64,000 nt of DNA from Sedimentisphaeraceae bacterium JB056 (GCA_044440125.1 JBITAJ010000003.1:1-64000), one strand, 5' to 3'; positions 19,118 through 29,140 are shown, counted from the stretch's first letter. Made by a program: numbers and translations. The notes: generated from the sequence alone by a model not told the origin.

Positions 19118-21073
19118 TCAGGCAAATGTGGAGGTGTTCTCAAGTAATTTCTTGACGTAGTCAAGGAACTGAGCGGCATAAGCGCCGTTAGCAACCTTGT
19201 GGTCTACGCTTATAGTCATACTCATCATTTTCCTTACCATGATGTTTCCATCGCGGGGAACGAGAGTATCTTTAATCTTTCCAACGCCGATAATACTGCA
19301 CTGACCCGGTACAACGATCGGTATGAACCATTCAACACCGAAAGCACCGAGGTTGCTGAGAGTAATACAGCCGCCGCTAAGCTCATCCGGAGAGAGCTTG
19401 CCGTTCTTGGCTCTGTCGATCATCGCAACGTTAGCCGCCGCGAGTTCAACCATACTCTTCTTGTCAGCATCTTTACTCATCGGGGCAACCAGCCCGTCAG
19501 TTACAGATATAGCAAGACCGACATTTATATTGTCAGCCACTTTTATGCTGTTGCCATCAAGCTGACCGGCCATAATCGGGAACTGCTTGCAACCCAGAGC
19601 CATAGCTTTGATGATAAAGTCGTTGAAAGATATCTTTATAGGCGACTTCTTGTTAAGCTCGCTGCGGAACTTGAACAAGTCAGTCATATCAACGGTTGTA
19701 TTGAGGTAGAAGCAAGGTATGTCGCGTTTTGACTGTACCATGCGATCGCCAACAACCTTCTGCATTCTTGTAACAGGAATACTGTCGCCAAGCTGATATT
19801 CAGGCTCAGGCATTTCAACCTTAGCCCCGCTTGTCGCAGGCATTGCGGCAGCAGCAGGTGCACTCTTAGCCGCTTCAGCAGCCTTGCGTACATCAGCTTC
19901 AACGATTCTTACTGCTCCATCTTTTGCAGATACAGCCGCAAGATCAACACCAAGCTCAGAAGCAACCATCTTAGCTCTTGGAGTAGCAAAGATTCTATCA
20001 GCCGGAGCAACTGCCTTTTTAGCAGGAGCCGGAGCTGCAACAGGAGTTGGAGCAGGTGCAGGCGCAGGAGTCGGAGCTGGCTCAGCAACTGGTGCCTCTG
20101 GAGCAGCACAGCCTTTAACACCGGCAATCATAGCATCTGATATCTGAGTATCAGCATTAGCCACGATAGCAACTGGTGCATCTACCGGAATAGTATCGCC
20201 TTCTTCTGTCAATATAGCTTTTACGCTGCCCTCAACACTTGATTCCATCTCAAGGGTCGCTTTATCTGTTTCAACTTCGAGAAGTACATCACCCTTAGCG
20301 ATAGTGTCGCCAACCTTAATAAGGATATTGACGATAGTACCTTCTTCCATTGTCTGGCCAAGCTGAGGAAGACGAACAACCTTAGCATCAGCAGGAAGAC
20401 TTTCGCCTGCAGAGGCTGCAGGAGCGGCTGTTGTCTCTGCCGTAGGAGCAGCAGGTGCAGAACCACCGGTCAATGCAGTAATCATAGCATCATCAACCGC
20501 ATCGCCTGCGTCGCCTACAACCATTATCGGATCATTTACAGGAATGGTATCGCCTTCAGCAACAAGAACGCTCTTAACAACGCCCTGTTCGCTTGATTCC
20601 ATTTCAAGGGTAGCTTTGTCAGTTTCAACTTCAAGAAGAACATCGCCTTTAGCAACAGTATCGCCAACCTTAACAAGGATATTAACGATTGTACCTTCTT
20701 CCATTGTCTGTCCCAATTGAGGCAGACGGATAAGCTTAACGCTTGCCGGTACAGCAGCCGAAGAAGCCGCAGGTGCAGCCTTTGGAGCCTCTGCTGCCGG
20801 AGCAGAAGCTGGTGCGTCAACACTTACTTCTTCATTTTCGCCGCCAACGATACATACTGTATCGCCGACAGGAATAGTATCGCCTTCACCGACCATTATC
20901 TTTTTGACATAACCTTCGGCTGTTGATTCCATTTCAAGAGTTGCCTTGTCGGTCTCAACTTCAAAGATCACATCACCTTTATTTATTTTGTCGCCTTCTT
21001 TTATCAGAACATTTACAATGGTTCCTTCTTCCATTGTCTGTCCCAACTGAGGCAGTTTAATTTCTTGTGCCAT
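19118..21073 (-). CDS. Dihydrolipoamide acyltransferase (E2) with three lipoyl domains
   Basis: Three LPQLGQTMEEGTI...ETDKATLEMES domains, Ala/Pro linkers, peripheral subunit-binding ATPRAK, catalytic TLSNLG and DHKVANG. Confidence 0.95.
   Translation of the reverse strand: MAQEIKLPQLGQTMEEGTIVNVLIKEGDKINKGDVIFEVETDKATLEMESTAEGYVKKIMVGEGDTIPVGDTVCIVGGENEEVSVDAPASAPAAEAPKAAPAASSAAVPASVKLIRLPQLGQTMEEGTIVNILVKVGDTVAKGDVLLEVETDKATLEMESSEQGVVKSVLVAEGDTIPVNDPIMVVGDAGDAVDDAMITALTGGSAPAAPTAETTAAPAASAGESLPADAKVVRLPQLGQTMEEGTIVNILIKVGDTIAKGDVLLEVETDKATLEMESSVEGSVKAILTEEGDTIPVDAPVAIVANADTQISDAMIAGVKGCAAPEAPVAEPAPTPAPAPAPTPVAAPAPAKKAVAPADRIFATPRAKMVASELGVDLAAVSAKDGAVRIVEADVRKAAEAAKSAPAAAAMPATSGAKVEMPEPEYQLGDSIPVTRMQKVVGDRMVQSKRDIPCFYLNTTVDMTDLFKFRSELNKKSPIKISFNDFIIKAMALGCKQFPIMAGQLDGNSIKVADNINVGLAISVTDGLVAPMSKDADKKSMVELAAANVAMIDRAKNGKLSPDELSGGCITLSNLGAFGVEWFIPIVVPGQCSIIGVGKIKDTLVPRDGNIMVRKMMSMTISVDHKVANGAYAAQFLDYVKKLLENTSTFA
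20150..21073 (-). repeat. Three tandem lipoyl-domain coding repeats
   Basis: CCTTCTTCCATTGTCTG recurs near 20340, 20694 and 21024; boundaries approximate. Confidence 0.85.
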
Positions 21074-21133
21074 ATTCAAAAACCTTTCAGCTTTAACAAG
21101 CTAACATTTGATTTCGGATAGTAAGAGCCTATT

Positions 21134-23368
21134 TTACACTAATTTCTTAGCAGCTTCAACAATTCTGTTTACATCCGGAATACTTGCCAGCTCAAGAGGC
21201 TCACTCATTGGAGGAGGCACATCAGCACCGCCAAGGTTAACCGGAGGAGCATCAAGGTAATCAAAGCCGCAACGACCGTTTTCGAATTCGTAATCCATAA
21301 GCTCACGAATGATCTCGCCGCCGGTACCACACATTAGGAAGCCTTCGCTCGCTGTGATGATACGACCGGTCTTGCGTACAGAATTTGCTATAGTTTCGAT
21401 ATCAAGCGGCTTAACCGTACGAACATCGATAACCTCAGCACTGACACCCTGCTTCTCAAGCTCTTTAGCCGCTTCGTAAGCAAACATTGCCATACGGCTG
21501 TAGCTGACGATAGTAACATCAGAACCTTCCTTCATGATATTGGCCTTGCCGATAGGAATGATGTACTCCTCTGCTGGAACCGCACCATTCTGACCATATG
21601 TAGCCTTGTGCTCGATAAATACAACCGGGTTATCACTTCTGATAGCCGCCTTGAGCAGACCCTTGGCATCATAAGGATTTGAAGGCATTACAACATGAAG
21701 ACCTGGAATATTCACAAGCCATGATTCAAGACTCTTAGAGTGGTGAGCAGCAATACATCTTCCCACACCACCTTCACTTCTTACAACCATAGGCACCTTC
21801 GCGTGTCCACCGAACATATAGCGGTTGAACGCACCGTTGTGCATAAGCTGATCAAGAGCGATTGTGAGGAAGTCAACATACATAAGCTCGGCGATAGGAC
21901 GCATACCTCTGATAGCTGCACCAACTGCACTACCAACGATAGCTGCCTCAGAAATTGGAGTATCGATAACACGATCAGTGCCGAACTCAGCACTCATACC
22001 CTTTGTAGCACCGTAAGCACCACCGTAAAGACCAACGTCCTCACCAAGTACGATAACATCCTTATCTCTTCTCATTTCCTCAGCCTGAGCATCACATACG
22101 GCTTCTTTGATCATGATTATATCCATGCCGTACTGATCTTTGACAAGCTGTTTAGCTTTTTCGTTCTTTTCTTTCTTTGTCTTGCCCTCAACTGTAGCAA
22201 GAGCCTTCTCGAATGCTTCTGTTGCTTCAAGAGCTTTTTTAGAATTTGCCGCATCCTTATCATAGTCAGCAGCCGCATAGCTCTCTTCAACATAAACATC
22301 CTTAGCAAGATCTTTAACATCCGGCCATGGACTGTCAATACCAAACTGAGTAGCTGTCTCGATTGACTGGAACGCCTCTTCCTTAATTGCATCGAGTTCT
22401 TCCTGAGTAGCAAGCTTCTCGCTTACAAGTTTCTTGCAAAGAACGAGAATAGGATCTCTATCCTTCCACGCCTTCTCTTCTTCTTTTGTTCTGTAGGCAC
22501 GTGGGTCACTACGGCTGTGTCCATACCAGCGGTATGTCTTAGCTTCCATAAGCATAAGTTTATTGTTCTTCCTTGCATACTCAGCAGCTTCCTGCATCGC
22601 AAGGTAAACAGCGACAACATCCTGACCGTCAACAATCATAGCAGGCACATCGAATGCCGCACCACGTACTGCAATATCTTCAACGTTACTTGCACAAACA
22701 GTTCCTTCTACAGGGCTGCCTGAGAATGGAACACTCATACCATAGAGGTTGTTTTCAATAACAGCGACCATTGGAACATTCAGAACAGACGCCATATTCA
22801 TTGATTCGTGGAAAGTACCTGTATTTGTTGAACCATCACCAAAGAATGAAGCAACGATATTGCCGGTACCTTTATATTTCTCAGCATAAGCCGCACCTAC
22901 CGCTGGAGGCTGGTTACCACCAACAATACCTGTAGAACCGAGGTTGCCGTTCTTAACGTCAGCAATGTGCATTGAACCGCCGCGGCCGTTACAGTAACCT
23001 GTTTCACGACCCATAAGCTCAGCCATCATCCTGTTCCAATGAGTCTGACGAGCAGCCATATCATCTGCATGCTTGTTACCCATTGCACCACAGTGACCGT
23101 GACCACGGTGAGTAGAACCGATAACGTCGCCTTTACCAAGTGCAGCAATGCAACCTGTAGCAACAGCTTCCTCACCGGCATAAAGGTGCGATGCACCCTT
23201 GATTATATTCTGACCAAGCAGATCGAACACTTTTTCCTCGAAAAAGCGGATCTCGCAAATAGTTCTAAGCCAATCTTTTGTGTCCTCAAGCGTGATGACA
23301 CCCTTGTCTATCAACGACTTGACCGTTGGTGTTTTCTTTTTTCTTGTGTCTGTGATTTTAAATCCCAT
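21134..23368 (-). CDS. Fused E1 alpha-beta TPP-dependent 2-oxoacid/acetoin dehydrogenase
   Basis: Alpha part HLYAGEEA, THRGHGH, GRGGSMH, GDG..N, TYRWYGHS; beta part LGEDVG, DTPISEAAI, HHSKS, DAKGLLK, IDVRTVKPLD. Confidence 0.95.
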   Translation of the reverse strand: MGFKITDTRKKKTPTVKSLIDKGVITLEDTKDWLRTICEIRFFEEKVFDLLGQNIIKGASHLYAGEEAVATGCIAALGKGDVIGSTHRGHGHCGAMGNKHADDMAARQTHWNRMMAELMGRETGYCNGRGGSMHIADVKNGNLGSTGIVGGNQPPAVGAAYAEKYKGTGNIVASFFGDGSTNTGTFHESMNMASVLNVPMVAVIENNLYGMSVPFSGSPVEGTVCASNVEDIAVRGAAFDVPAMIVDGQDVVAVYLAMQEAAEYARKNNKLMLMEAKTYRWYGHSRSDPRAYRTKEEEKAWKDRDPILVLCKKLVSEKLATQEELDAIKEEAFQSIETATQFGIDSPWPDVKDLAKDVYVEESYAAADYDKDAANSKKALEATEAFEKALATVEGKTKKEKNEKAKQLVKDQYGMDIIMIKEAVCDAQAEEMRRDKDVIVLGEDVGLYGGAYGATKGMSAEFGTDRVIDTPISEAAIVGSAVGAAIRGMRPIAELMYVDFLTIALDQLMHNGAFNRYMFGGHAKVPMVVRSEGGVGRCIAAHHSKSLESWLVNIPGLHVVMPSNPYDAKGLLKAAIRSDNPVVFIEHKATYGQNGAVPAEEYIIPIGKANIMKEGSDVTIVSYSRMAMFAYEAAKELEKQGVSAEVIDVRTVKPLDIETIANSVRKTGRIITASEGFLMCGTGGEIIRELMDYEFENGRCGFDYLDAPPVNLGGADVPPPMSEPLELASIPDVNRIVEAAKKLV

Positions 23369-23528
23369 TACAGGCTCCTGTGTTTAATAACTACACTTAG
23401 TTTTTGCCTAATTTAATTACCAATATGATTGGCACATAGCCAACACTTTGAACCCTATTATATACGAAATGGAATCTCAAACAAACAGTAATAGATGCAT
23501 TTCAGTGTTTTAATGTGTTCAATACAGC

Positions 23529-23591
23529 AAAAAAGAACAAGAATGAACATTTCAGTAATACTTAAGAGTTAAAAAATGTTCATTCTTGTTC
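23529..23591 (-). terminator. 18-bp perfect inverted repeat with minus-strand U-tract (terminator and/or operator)
   Basis: GAACAAGAATGAACATTT (23535-23552) / AAATGTTCATTCTTGTTC (23574-23591); A6 at 23529-23534. Confidence 0.5.
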
Positions 23592-23698
23592 GAACGCAAG
23601 CAATATCCTGTTCGTTTAATACTTTTTGCAGATACTTGAAAAATACAAACACTCTGAAACGACAGGCAATTCTTAACGATTAATAATTCTCTGAAATA

Positions 23699-23974
23699 TT
23701 AATCACCAGGCTTTTCTTTGTTCAGAATCGAATATGTAATTGTAGATGTGTCTTTCAGCAATTTAGAACCGCGTGTAATTTTACAAAGACTTATGCCCAA
23801 TTGAGAAGCGATCTGACGCTGAGGAACTTTTTCTTTTATCAAACCAAGAAGTCGCCATCGGAGGCAAAGATCTTTAAGTTCCTTAGCAGTCAGTATCTCT
23901 GTGAGAAATTTCTCCATCACTTTCTCATCATCAATCTGACTCAATATTGTAAAAAATTCTTTGTCACTATCCAT
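23699..23974 (-). CDS. trpR: Trp repressor / YerC-YecD family regulator
   Basis: FLTEILTAKE..L..RW...VPQRQIASQLGISLCKITRGS. Confidence 0.8.
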   Translation of the reverse strand: MDSDKEFFTILSQIDDEKVMEKFLTEILTAKELKDLCLRWRLLGLIKEKVPQRQIASQLGISLCKITRGSKLLKDTSTITYSILNKEKPGD

Positions 23975-24077
23975 ATTATTATCTTTGAAGCTTAAATTAC
24001 AATGTTTCTACACACAAGAACATTATTTTAGCACAAAAGGCTGTAAGAGACAATCACTTTCCCGCAAAACGTTTTTT

Positions 24078-25190
24078 TCAAACACTTCTCCAATCGAAAG
24101 GATCCCGATCTGTCTCACTAAGTAGCGTAATCATATTACTGCAGGTTTCTTTTATCTGTTTTTTAAGTTTCTCAAGTATAAATCTTTCTGAAAAGCTGTG
24201 GCCGAGACACAAGCAAAGAATCCCTGCTTCTCTCACCACAAGAGCATCGTGATGTTTAAGCTCGCCTGTTATATATATATCACACTCGTTTGCTATCACC
24301 TTATTAAGTATGCTGCCGCAAGAACCTGCACAGACCGCTCCTGACAAAACATACTCCTTTTCAGAGCCTACAAAGCCAATTGTCTTAACCCCTGTAGTCT
24401 CTTTTATATCAGCAACAATATCTGCAACAGCCCTTTTCTGCGACAATTTGCCGTAACGGCCTATCCCCATGCGTTTTTTCAAAAGATCAAGCTTTATTAT
24501 ATCGTATGCAGGCATTTCATAAGGATGGGCCTTTTTCATAGCTTCTACCACTTTTTCAAGACATGATGCCCGCACAATAGTCTCAAACCTCTGCTCCTCT
24601 ACTCGCTCAAGTTTATTTTGAGTGCCTACAGCAGGATTTGAACCTTCAAGCGGCATAAATGAGCCTTGGCCTGATGATGTGAAACCGCAATTGCTGTAGT
24701 TTCCAAGATTACCTGCACCAGCAGCAAACACCGCCTCACTTACCTGATTGATATTCTCAGAAGGAACAAAAACAATCAGTTTATACATATCTTCAGTCGA
24801 AAGGCTGACATAATCGCTTAATGGCTGCGCTTCAACAAACCCTACTGCTTGGGCAAGAGCATCATTAACCCCGCCGTCGGCCGCATCAAGAGCTGTATGC
24901 ACACTTATGACATTAATTCCATTTGCTAAAAGTTTATAAACAACAGGTCTTGGCCCCTGTTTTGTTATTCGTTTGAGCGCATCCCATACAACCGGGTGAT
25001 AACCGATAATAGTATTGCAGCCGGCCTTTATTGCCTCATCGACAACCGATTCTGTAACATCAACAGCAAACATGCACCCGCTCACATCGCAATCGGCATC
25101 ACCAATAAGCAATCCAACATTATCCCAGCTTTGAGCCAGCTCAAAAGGTGCAATGCAATCTACTATCTCAATAAGCTCTGATACTTTCAT
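24078..25190 (-). CDS. Nif3-like dinuclear metal protein with PII-like insert (YqfO type)
   Basis: WDNVGLLIG, YHP, HTALD..GGVND, GAGNLGNYSNCGF, HPYEMPAYD, TGELKHH, GHSFSE. Confidence 0.92.
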   Translation of the reverse strand: MKVSELIEIVDCIAPFELAQSWDNVGLLIGDADCDVSGCMFAVDVTESVVDEAIKAGCNTIIGYHPVVWDALKRITKQGPRPVVYKLLANGINVISVHTALDAADGGVNDALAQAVGFVEAQPLSDYVSLSTEDMYKLIVFVPSENINQVSEAVFAAGAGNLGNYSNCGFTSSGQGSFMPLEGSNPAVGTQNKLERVEEQRFETIVRASCLEKVVEAMKKAHPYEMPAYDIIKLDLLKKRMGIGRYGKLSQKRAVADIVADIKETTGVKTIGFVGSEKEYVLSGAVCAGSCGSILNKVIANECDIYITGELKHHDALVVREAGILCLCLGHSFSERFILEKLKKQIKETCSNMITLLSETDRDPFDWRSV

Positions 25191-25240
25191 TGTTTTCTTC
25201 CTTTAATAAGGCAAAAGCACGAGTTTAAGTCGCTACCCTG

Positions 25241-26944
25241 CTATTTCTCTGAATTCCACGATTTTATCCTCTGTATAATAATCTCCATCTCCTTACTAAG
25301 ATCATGCATATTATCCAACATTTCTTTCGTAATCAACGGTACTAAACTGCGTGAAAGATCGACCTTTGAAGGCTTAGGCAGTTTATTAGCCCTAGTATAC
25401 TCATCGAAATATTTCTGATATTTCTCTATCTCCGGCAATTTTTCTTTTTCATACAACTGCCTTAAAGCCTCTACCGGTATATAATTCTCAACCTCTCTTG
25501 CGTCTGTAACCCAAACATATCCACCTAAAAATTCAAGCTCTGTTCTTATTCTACTAAGACGATCCTTAATTTGCTTACTCTCTTTATCCCTATCACTATC
25601 GCCAATGAGAATAGCATTTCGGTTGACTTTCAGCACATTTATAGCATCGTCATCTCCATCATTTTCCCCATTCGCCTCAAAATGGTCAAGTATTGAGCCA
25701 CCATAAAAGGCACATTCATAATCTCTATGCTCTTGCAACTCACCTTTACTATAAAGTTCAATCCATTTATTGAAATATATCCTGTCAGAAGGTCCTTCAA
25801 GCCATACAATTCCATTAGCCTGCAATAAATCGGATGCTTTCACACCAAGGTCGTCCAATACGGCATTGTGATCATTAAAAGCCTCAACAGTTTTTGCATA
25901 GGCCTGCTTACCATCATGAGTTACATGGATTATTTGAGCATCGGGAGAATTACAAAACATATCAATCGCAACATTAGAATGTGTAGTTATAAAGAAATGA
26001 CACTTATTGTCTTTTGCAAATTTTTCTATATATTTGAACAGTCGCCGTAGTAACGCCGGATGAAGATTATTCTCAAGCTCCTCAAATGAATATAAGATAT
26101 TTTCTATAGCAACATTTTTATATGCATCAGTTTTAGGTATCACAAGAAGATTAAGCAACACCAGCAAAATAGTCTTCAGCCCACTACCTGACTTACTTAA
26201 CGGAATAGGATCTTCCTTATCTTTCTCAGTAAAATAAACCTCCCATTGGCTACCCTTAATATTAGGGACATATATTTCTGTAAAATAACTATCAGGATTA
26301 AATACCTCATTTAAAGCATCAAGCAATTTTTTTTGTATCAAAAATCTATCTAAATTAACATTGTGAACATAACTCGTAATAGTAGTGGTTGCCCCACCCC
26401 CATTAGCTGCAACATGTAAACTAGTACCATGACTATATCCCTCTGCCTTCATGTCCCTTTCTGCAATGATTTTAAGAACTTTCTTATTCTTAAAAAATTC
26501 TGGGACTTGTATTCCTGCATTAAAAGAAGCTTGGATATCTTGCTTATGTAATTCAATCTGTTGATTAAGATTAAAACCCATATTAGATAATTCTCGTTGC
26601 AAATTATTAGCATCGATATATTTTTTAATCGATAAATGGTTGCCATGCAATTTACATAGAAACCTAAGCTTAAATGCCAAATTAGGCTGATTAAAAAAAT
26701 GTTTAAAATTACTCTCGGAAAACTCTTTCTCAATCAAAAAATCACAATCCAGTCTATCCTTATAATTTACTTTTGTAGCAAAGTCAATTATATCAAGCAA
26801 ACTTGATTTACCGGAATTATTCTTGCCTATAATAACATTGATAGGTTTTATGCAATCAAAACCAGAGTATTTATCTCTGAAGCATTTATGATTTTTAATC
26901 TTTATTACAGTATCACTCAATCCTCTATCTCCCTGTTTTTTCAA
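25241..26944 (-). CDS. OLD-like ATP-dependent nuclease (ABC-type ATPase plus TOPRIM), AT-rich
   Basis: GKNNSGKS, SGSG, FEELENNLHP, ITTHS; TOPRIM WLEGPSD, DSD, REVENY. The start may be TTG 26920. Confidence 0.85.
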   Translation of the reverse strand: MKKQGDRGLSDTVIKIKNHKCFRDKYSGFDCIKPINVIIGKNNSGKSSLLDIIDFATKVNYKDRLDCDFLIEKEFSESNFKHFFNQPNLAFKLRFLCKLHGNHLSIKKYIDANNLQRELSNMGFNLNQQIELHKQDIQASFNAGIQVPEFFKNKKVLKIIAERDMKAEGYSHGTSLHVAANGGGATTTITSYVHNVNLDRFLIQKKLLDALNEVFNPDSYFTEIYVPNIKGSQWEVYFTEKDKEDPIPLSKSGSGLKTILLVLLNLLVIPKTDAYKNVAIENILYSFEELENNLHPALLRRLFKYIEKFAKDNKCHFFITTHSNVAIDMFCNSPDAQIIHVTHDGKQAYAKTVEAFNDHNAVLDDLGVKASDLLQANGIVWLEGPSDRIYFNKWIELYSKGELQEHRDYECAFYGGSILDHFEANGENDGDDDAINVLKVNRNAILIGDSDRDKESKQIKDRLSRIRTELEFLGGYVWVTDAREVENYIPVEALRQLYEKEKLPEIEKYQKYFDEYTRANKLPKPSKVDLSRSLVPLITKEMLDNMHDLSKEMEIIIQRIKSWNSEK

Positions 26945-27001
26945 TATCCTCTATTATTCTTTCTTAAAATAAGGCAAGTAGCATTAGGCAAAAGGCACGA
27001 G

Positions 27002-28144
27002 TTAGGTCCGCCTTGTCTGAATCTTTTGATAGTGCTCTATATAGGCCAAGGCTACATTTTTCCATGAGAATTGCTCTGCTCTTTCTCTGCTTATGGTCGC
27101 CATTTTAATCCTGGCTTCCTTATCATTAACGAGAGTCTGTATTGCCGATGCCAGCGTCCCTGAAGTCATTTCACTCAGTACAATTCCATTGCCATCAATC
27201 AACTCAAGAACCCCTTCACAATTTGATGTAATGATTGGCAAAGAAGAAGCCATAGCCTCAAGCAGCGAATTGCTCATCCCCTCATGCTCACTGCACATAA
27301 TAAAGATATCAGCCTTTGCATAAAAAGCAGGAATATCCTGTTTTGTTACAAGACCTGAAAAACTGACGCTGCTCTCAATATCAAGCGATTTTGCCAGTTC
27401 CTTAAGCTGATCGTTCATAACACCATCACCTGCAACAATAAGCTCAACATCAATGTCCATGTCTTTTAACAACTTCACGGCCTCTATCGCAATATCAACC
27501 CGTTTTCTGTTAACAAGACGTCCTACCATTAATAATTTCAATGTTCGATCAGTCTTTTTGCAAATATTGAGCTGTGAGAATTCATCAACAAACACACCAT
27601 TGGGTATAACATCGATATCAAGTTCAGGCATGAATTTCTTTGCGAGCAAAGCTAAGCCATTGCTGTTGGCAACCATAGAAGATGCACCTGCCCATATCTT
27701 TTTGAAGAGATTTGAAAGAACAAAGTAGTCAAAACCAAGCGTATCGTTATAACCAGGTACATCGGAACCTCGAAGTGAGATTACATACGGAACTTCCTTT
27801 CTTGTCCGCCAGCAAAACCAGCCGCTCGGAAATGCAAAGAAACCATGGGAAAGATCGTAATTATTTTCTTTAACAAGTTTCTTATAGACAGGCCATGCGT
27901 TGAACATCCAGAAAAGCACTTCGCTTTTACGCCAATGATGGAGATTTTTCTTAGCGATTCCAACTTTGTAAATTGTAATATTATCCGCGAATTTCTCAAC
28001 GGCAAGACCCTTACCCGCATAGGATGTCACAAGATCGATATCTACACCTTCAGCAGTTGCCATTTCTTTTAACAAACATAAGTTTGCATTACCTGCCCCG
28101 CCGCCTATTGGCGGAAACTCATAGTTCACCATTAATATTCGCAT
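27002..28144 (-). CDS. Glycosyltransferase family 4
   Basis: MRILMVNYEFPPIGGGAG, IPNG, VGRL...K, EGMSNSLLEAMA. ATG 28144 preferred. Confidence 0.93.
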   Translation of the reverse strand: MRILMVNYEFPPIGGGAGNANLCLLKEMATAEGVDIDLVTSYAGKGLAVEKFADNITIYKVGIAKKNLHHWRKSEVLFWMFNAWPVYKKLVKENNYDLSHGFFAFPSGWFCWRTRKEVPYVISLRGSDVPGYNDTLGFDYFVLSNLFKKIWAGASSMVANSNGLALLAKKFMPELDIDVIPNGVFVDEFSQLNICKKTDRTLKLLMVGRLVNRKRVDIAIEAVKLLKDMDIDVELIVAGDGVMNDQLKELAKSLDIESSVSFSGLVTKQDIPAFYAKADIFIMCSEHEGMSNSLLEAMASSLPIITSNCEGVLELIDGNGIVLSEMTSGTLASAIQTLVNDKEARIKMATISRERAEQFSWKNVALAYIEHYQKIQTRRT

Positions 28145-28161
28145 TTTTAATCTCAATTTCA

Positions 28162-28344
28162 AATTAGAAATTAGGAATTAAGAATATTGATGCGTCCGAC
28201 AAAAGTTGATAAACGTCCAATTAACCCTTGATATCTGATTAAAATCGCAGATTTAATCAGCAACGATTGACTTTTGTCAGTTTCGCCAATATTAATACAC
28301 CTGACGGTAAGCGTTAGCCAATTCGTAATTCGTAATTTCTAATT
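28162..28344. repeat. Heptamer-armed nested inverted-repeat element
   Basis: AATTAGAAATTAGGAATTAAGAAT / ATTCGTAATTCGTAATTTCTAATT (22/24 complementary) enclosing further stems. Confidence 0.7.
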
Positions 28345-28345
28345 A

Positions 28346-29140
28346 TTAATCCCTAACACTCATTATCATATCTGAAATCTGTTTATGCAGCTTCCCATTT
28401 GTGGCAAGTACCTCACTGCAAAGTTTTTCCTGCCCTCCTGAGAAATCACTGCATCTGCCGCCGGCCTCCTCAAGAACTATTTTTCCAGCAGCAATGTCAT
28501 ATATGTTTAGATTGAATTCCCAGAAACCATCCAACCTTCCGCAACCAACATAACACATATCAACCGCCGCCGAGCCGAAACGCCGGACACCTCTTATTAT
28601 CGGCATAAGCTTATTAAAAACAGGAAGATTATTATCCTCATGATCAGAACGCAAACACGCAAAACCTGTCGCCAATAGACTGTCCTCAGGCTTTTGGCAA
28701 TCTGAGACGCTTATACGCTTGCCGTTTAGAAATGCCCCGCCGCCCTTTGATGCAATGAACAGTTCGCCAAGCACTGGTGCATAGACAGCTCCAAGAGTTA
28801 TCTCTCTGCCCTGCTGAAGCGCAATAGAAACGGAATAAAACGGCTGATGATAGACAAAAGAAGTAGTTCCATCTATTGGATCTATTATCCACAGATTATC
28901 ATCGCCGGCAGTTTTGCCTGTTTCTTCACCAAGTATAGCATGTGAAGGATATGCCTCTTTTATTTTCTCACAAATAAACTTCTCAACAGCAACATCAGCC
29001 TCTGTAACAAGATCTTTTGCACTTTTATGATTCACTCGAACCGTCTCAAGATGAGAGCGATACTCAAGCGTAAGCTCACCGGCTGCCTTAATAGTTTTTT
29101 CAAGAAAGTCTCTCATAGAGTAATCCGCCCTGTCACCCAT
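28346..29140 (-). CDS. suhB: Inositol monophosphatase family protein
   Basis: DLVTEAD, ILGEE, WIIDPIDGT, RRFGSAAVD, YDIAAG..EEAGG. Start 29140 or 29116. Confidence 0.9.
   Translation of the reverse strand: MGDRADYSMRDFLEKTIKAAGELTLEYRSHLETVRVNHKSAKDLVTEADVAVEKFICEKIKEAYPSHAILGEETGKTAGDDNLWIIDPIDGTTSFVYHQPFYSVSIALQQGREITLGAVYAPVLGELFIASKGGGAFLNGKRISVSDCQKPEDSLLATGFACLRSDHEDNNLPVFNKLMPIIRGVRRFGSAAVDMCYVGCGRLDGFWEFNLNIYDIAAGKIVLEEAGGRCSDFSGGQEKLCSEVLATNGKLHKQISDMIMSVRD

Noticed and set aside
18867..19160. 97-aa and 67-aa ORFs downstream of E2
   Set aside because: They run through REP-like repeats and a terminator and lack protein-like features.
23429..23443. TGGCAC as a sigma54 promoter for the E1 operon
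   Set aside because: Wrong strand and no TTGC at -12; it is only part of a short TTGGC/GCCAA palindrome.
23699..23974. trp operon or attenuator around trpR
   Set aside because: No trp biosynthesis genes or Trp-codon leader seen; stand-alone trpR-like genes are common.
24078..25190. Nif3 protein as the GTP cyclohydrolase feeding the que genes
   Set aside because: That annotation of the family is not well supported and the gene is in a different operon.
25241..26944. Gabija or retron system
   Set aside because: No UvrD-like helicase or reverse transcriptase next to the ATPase-TOPRIM gene.
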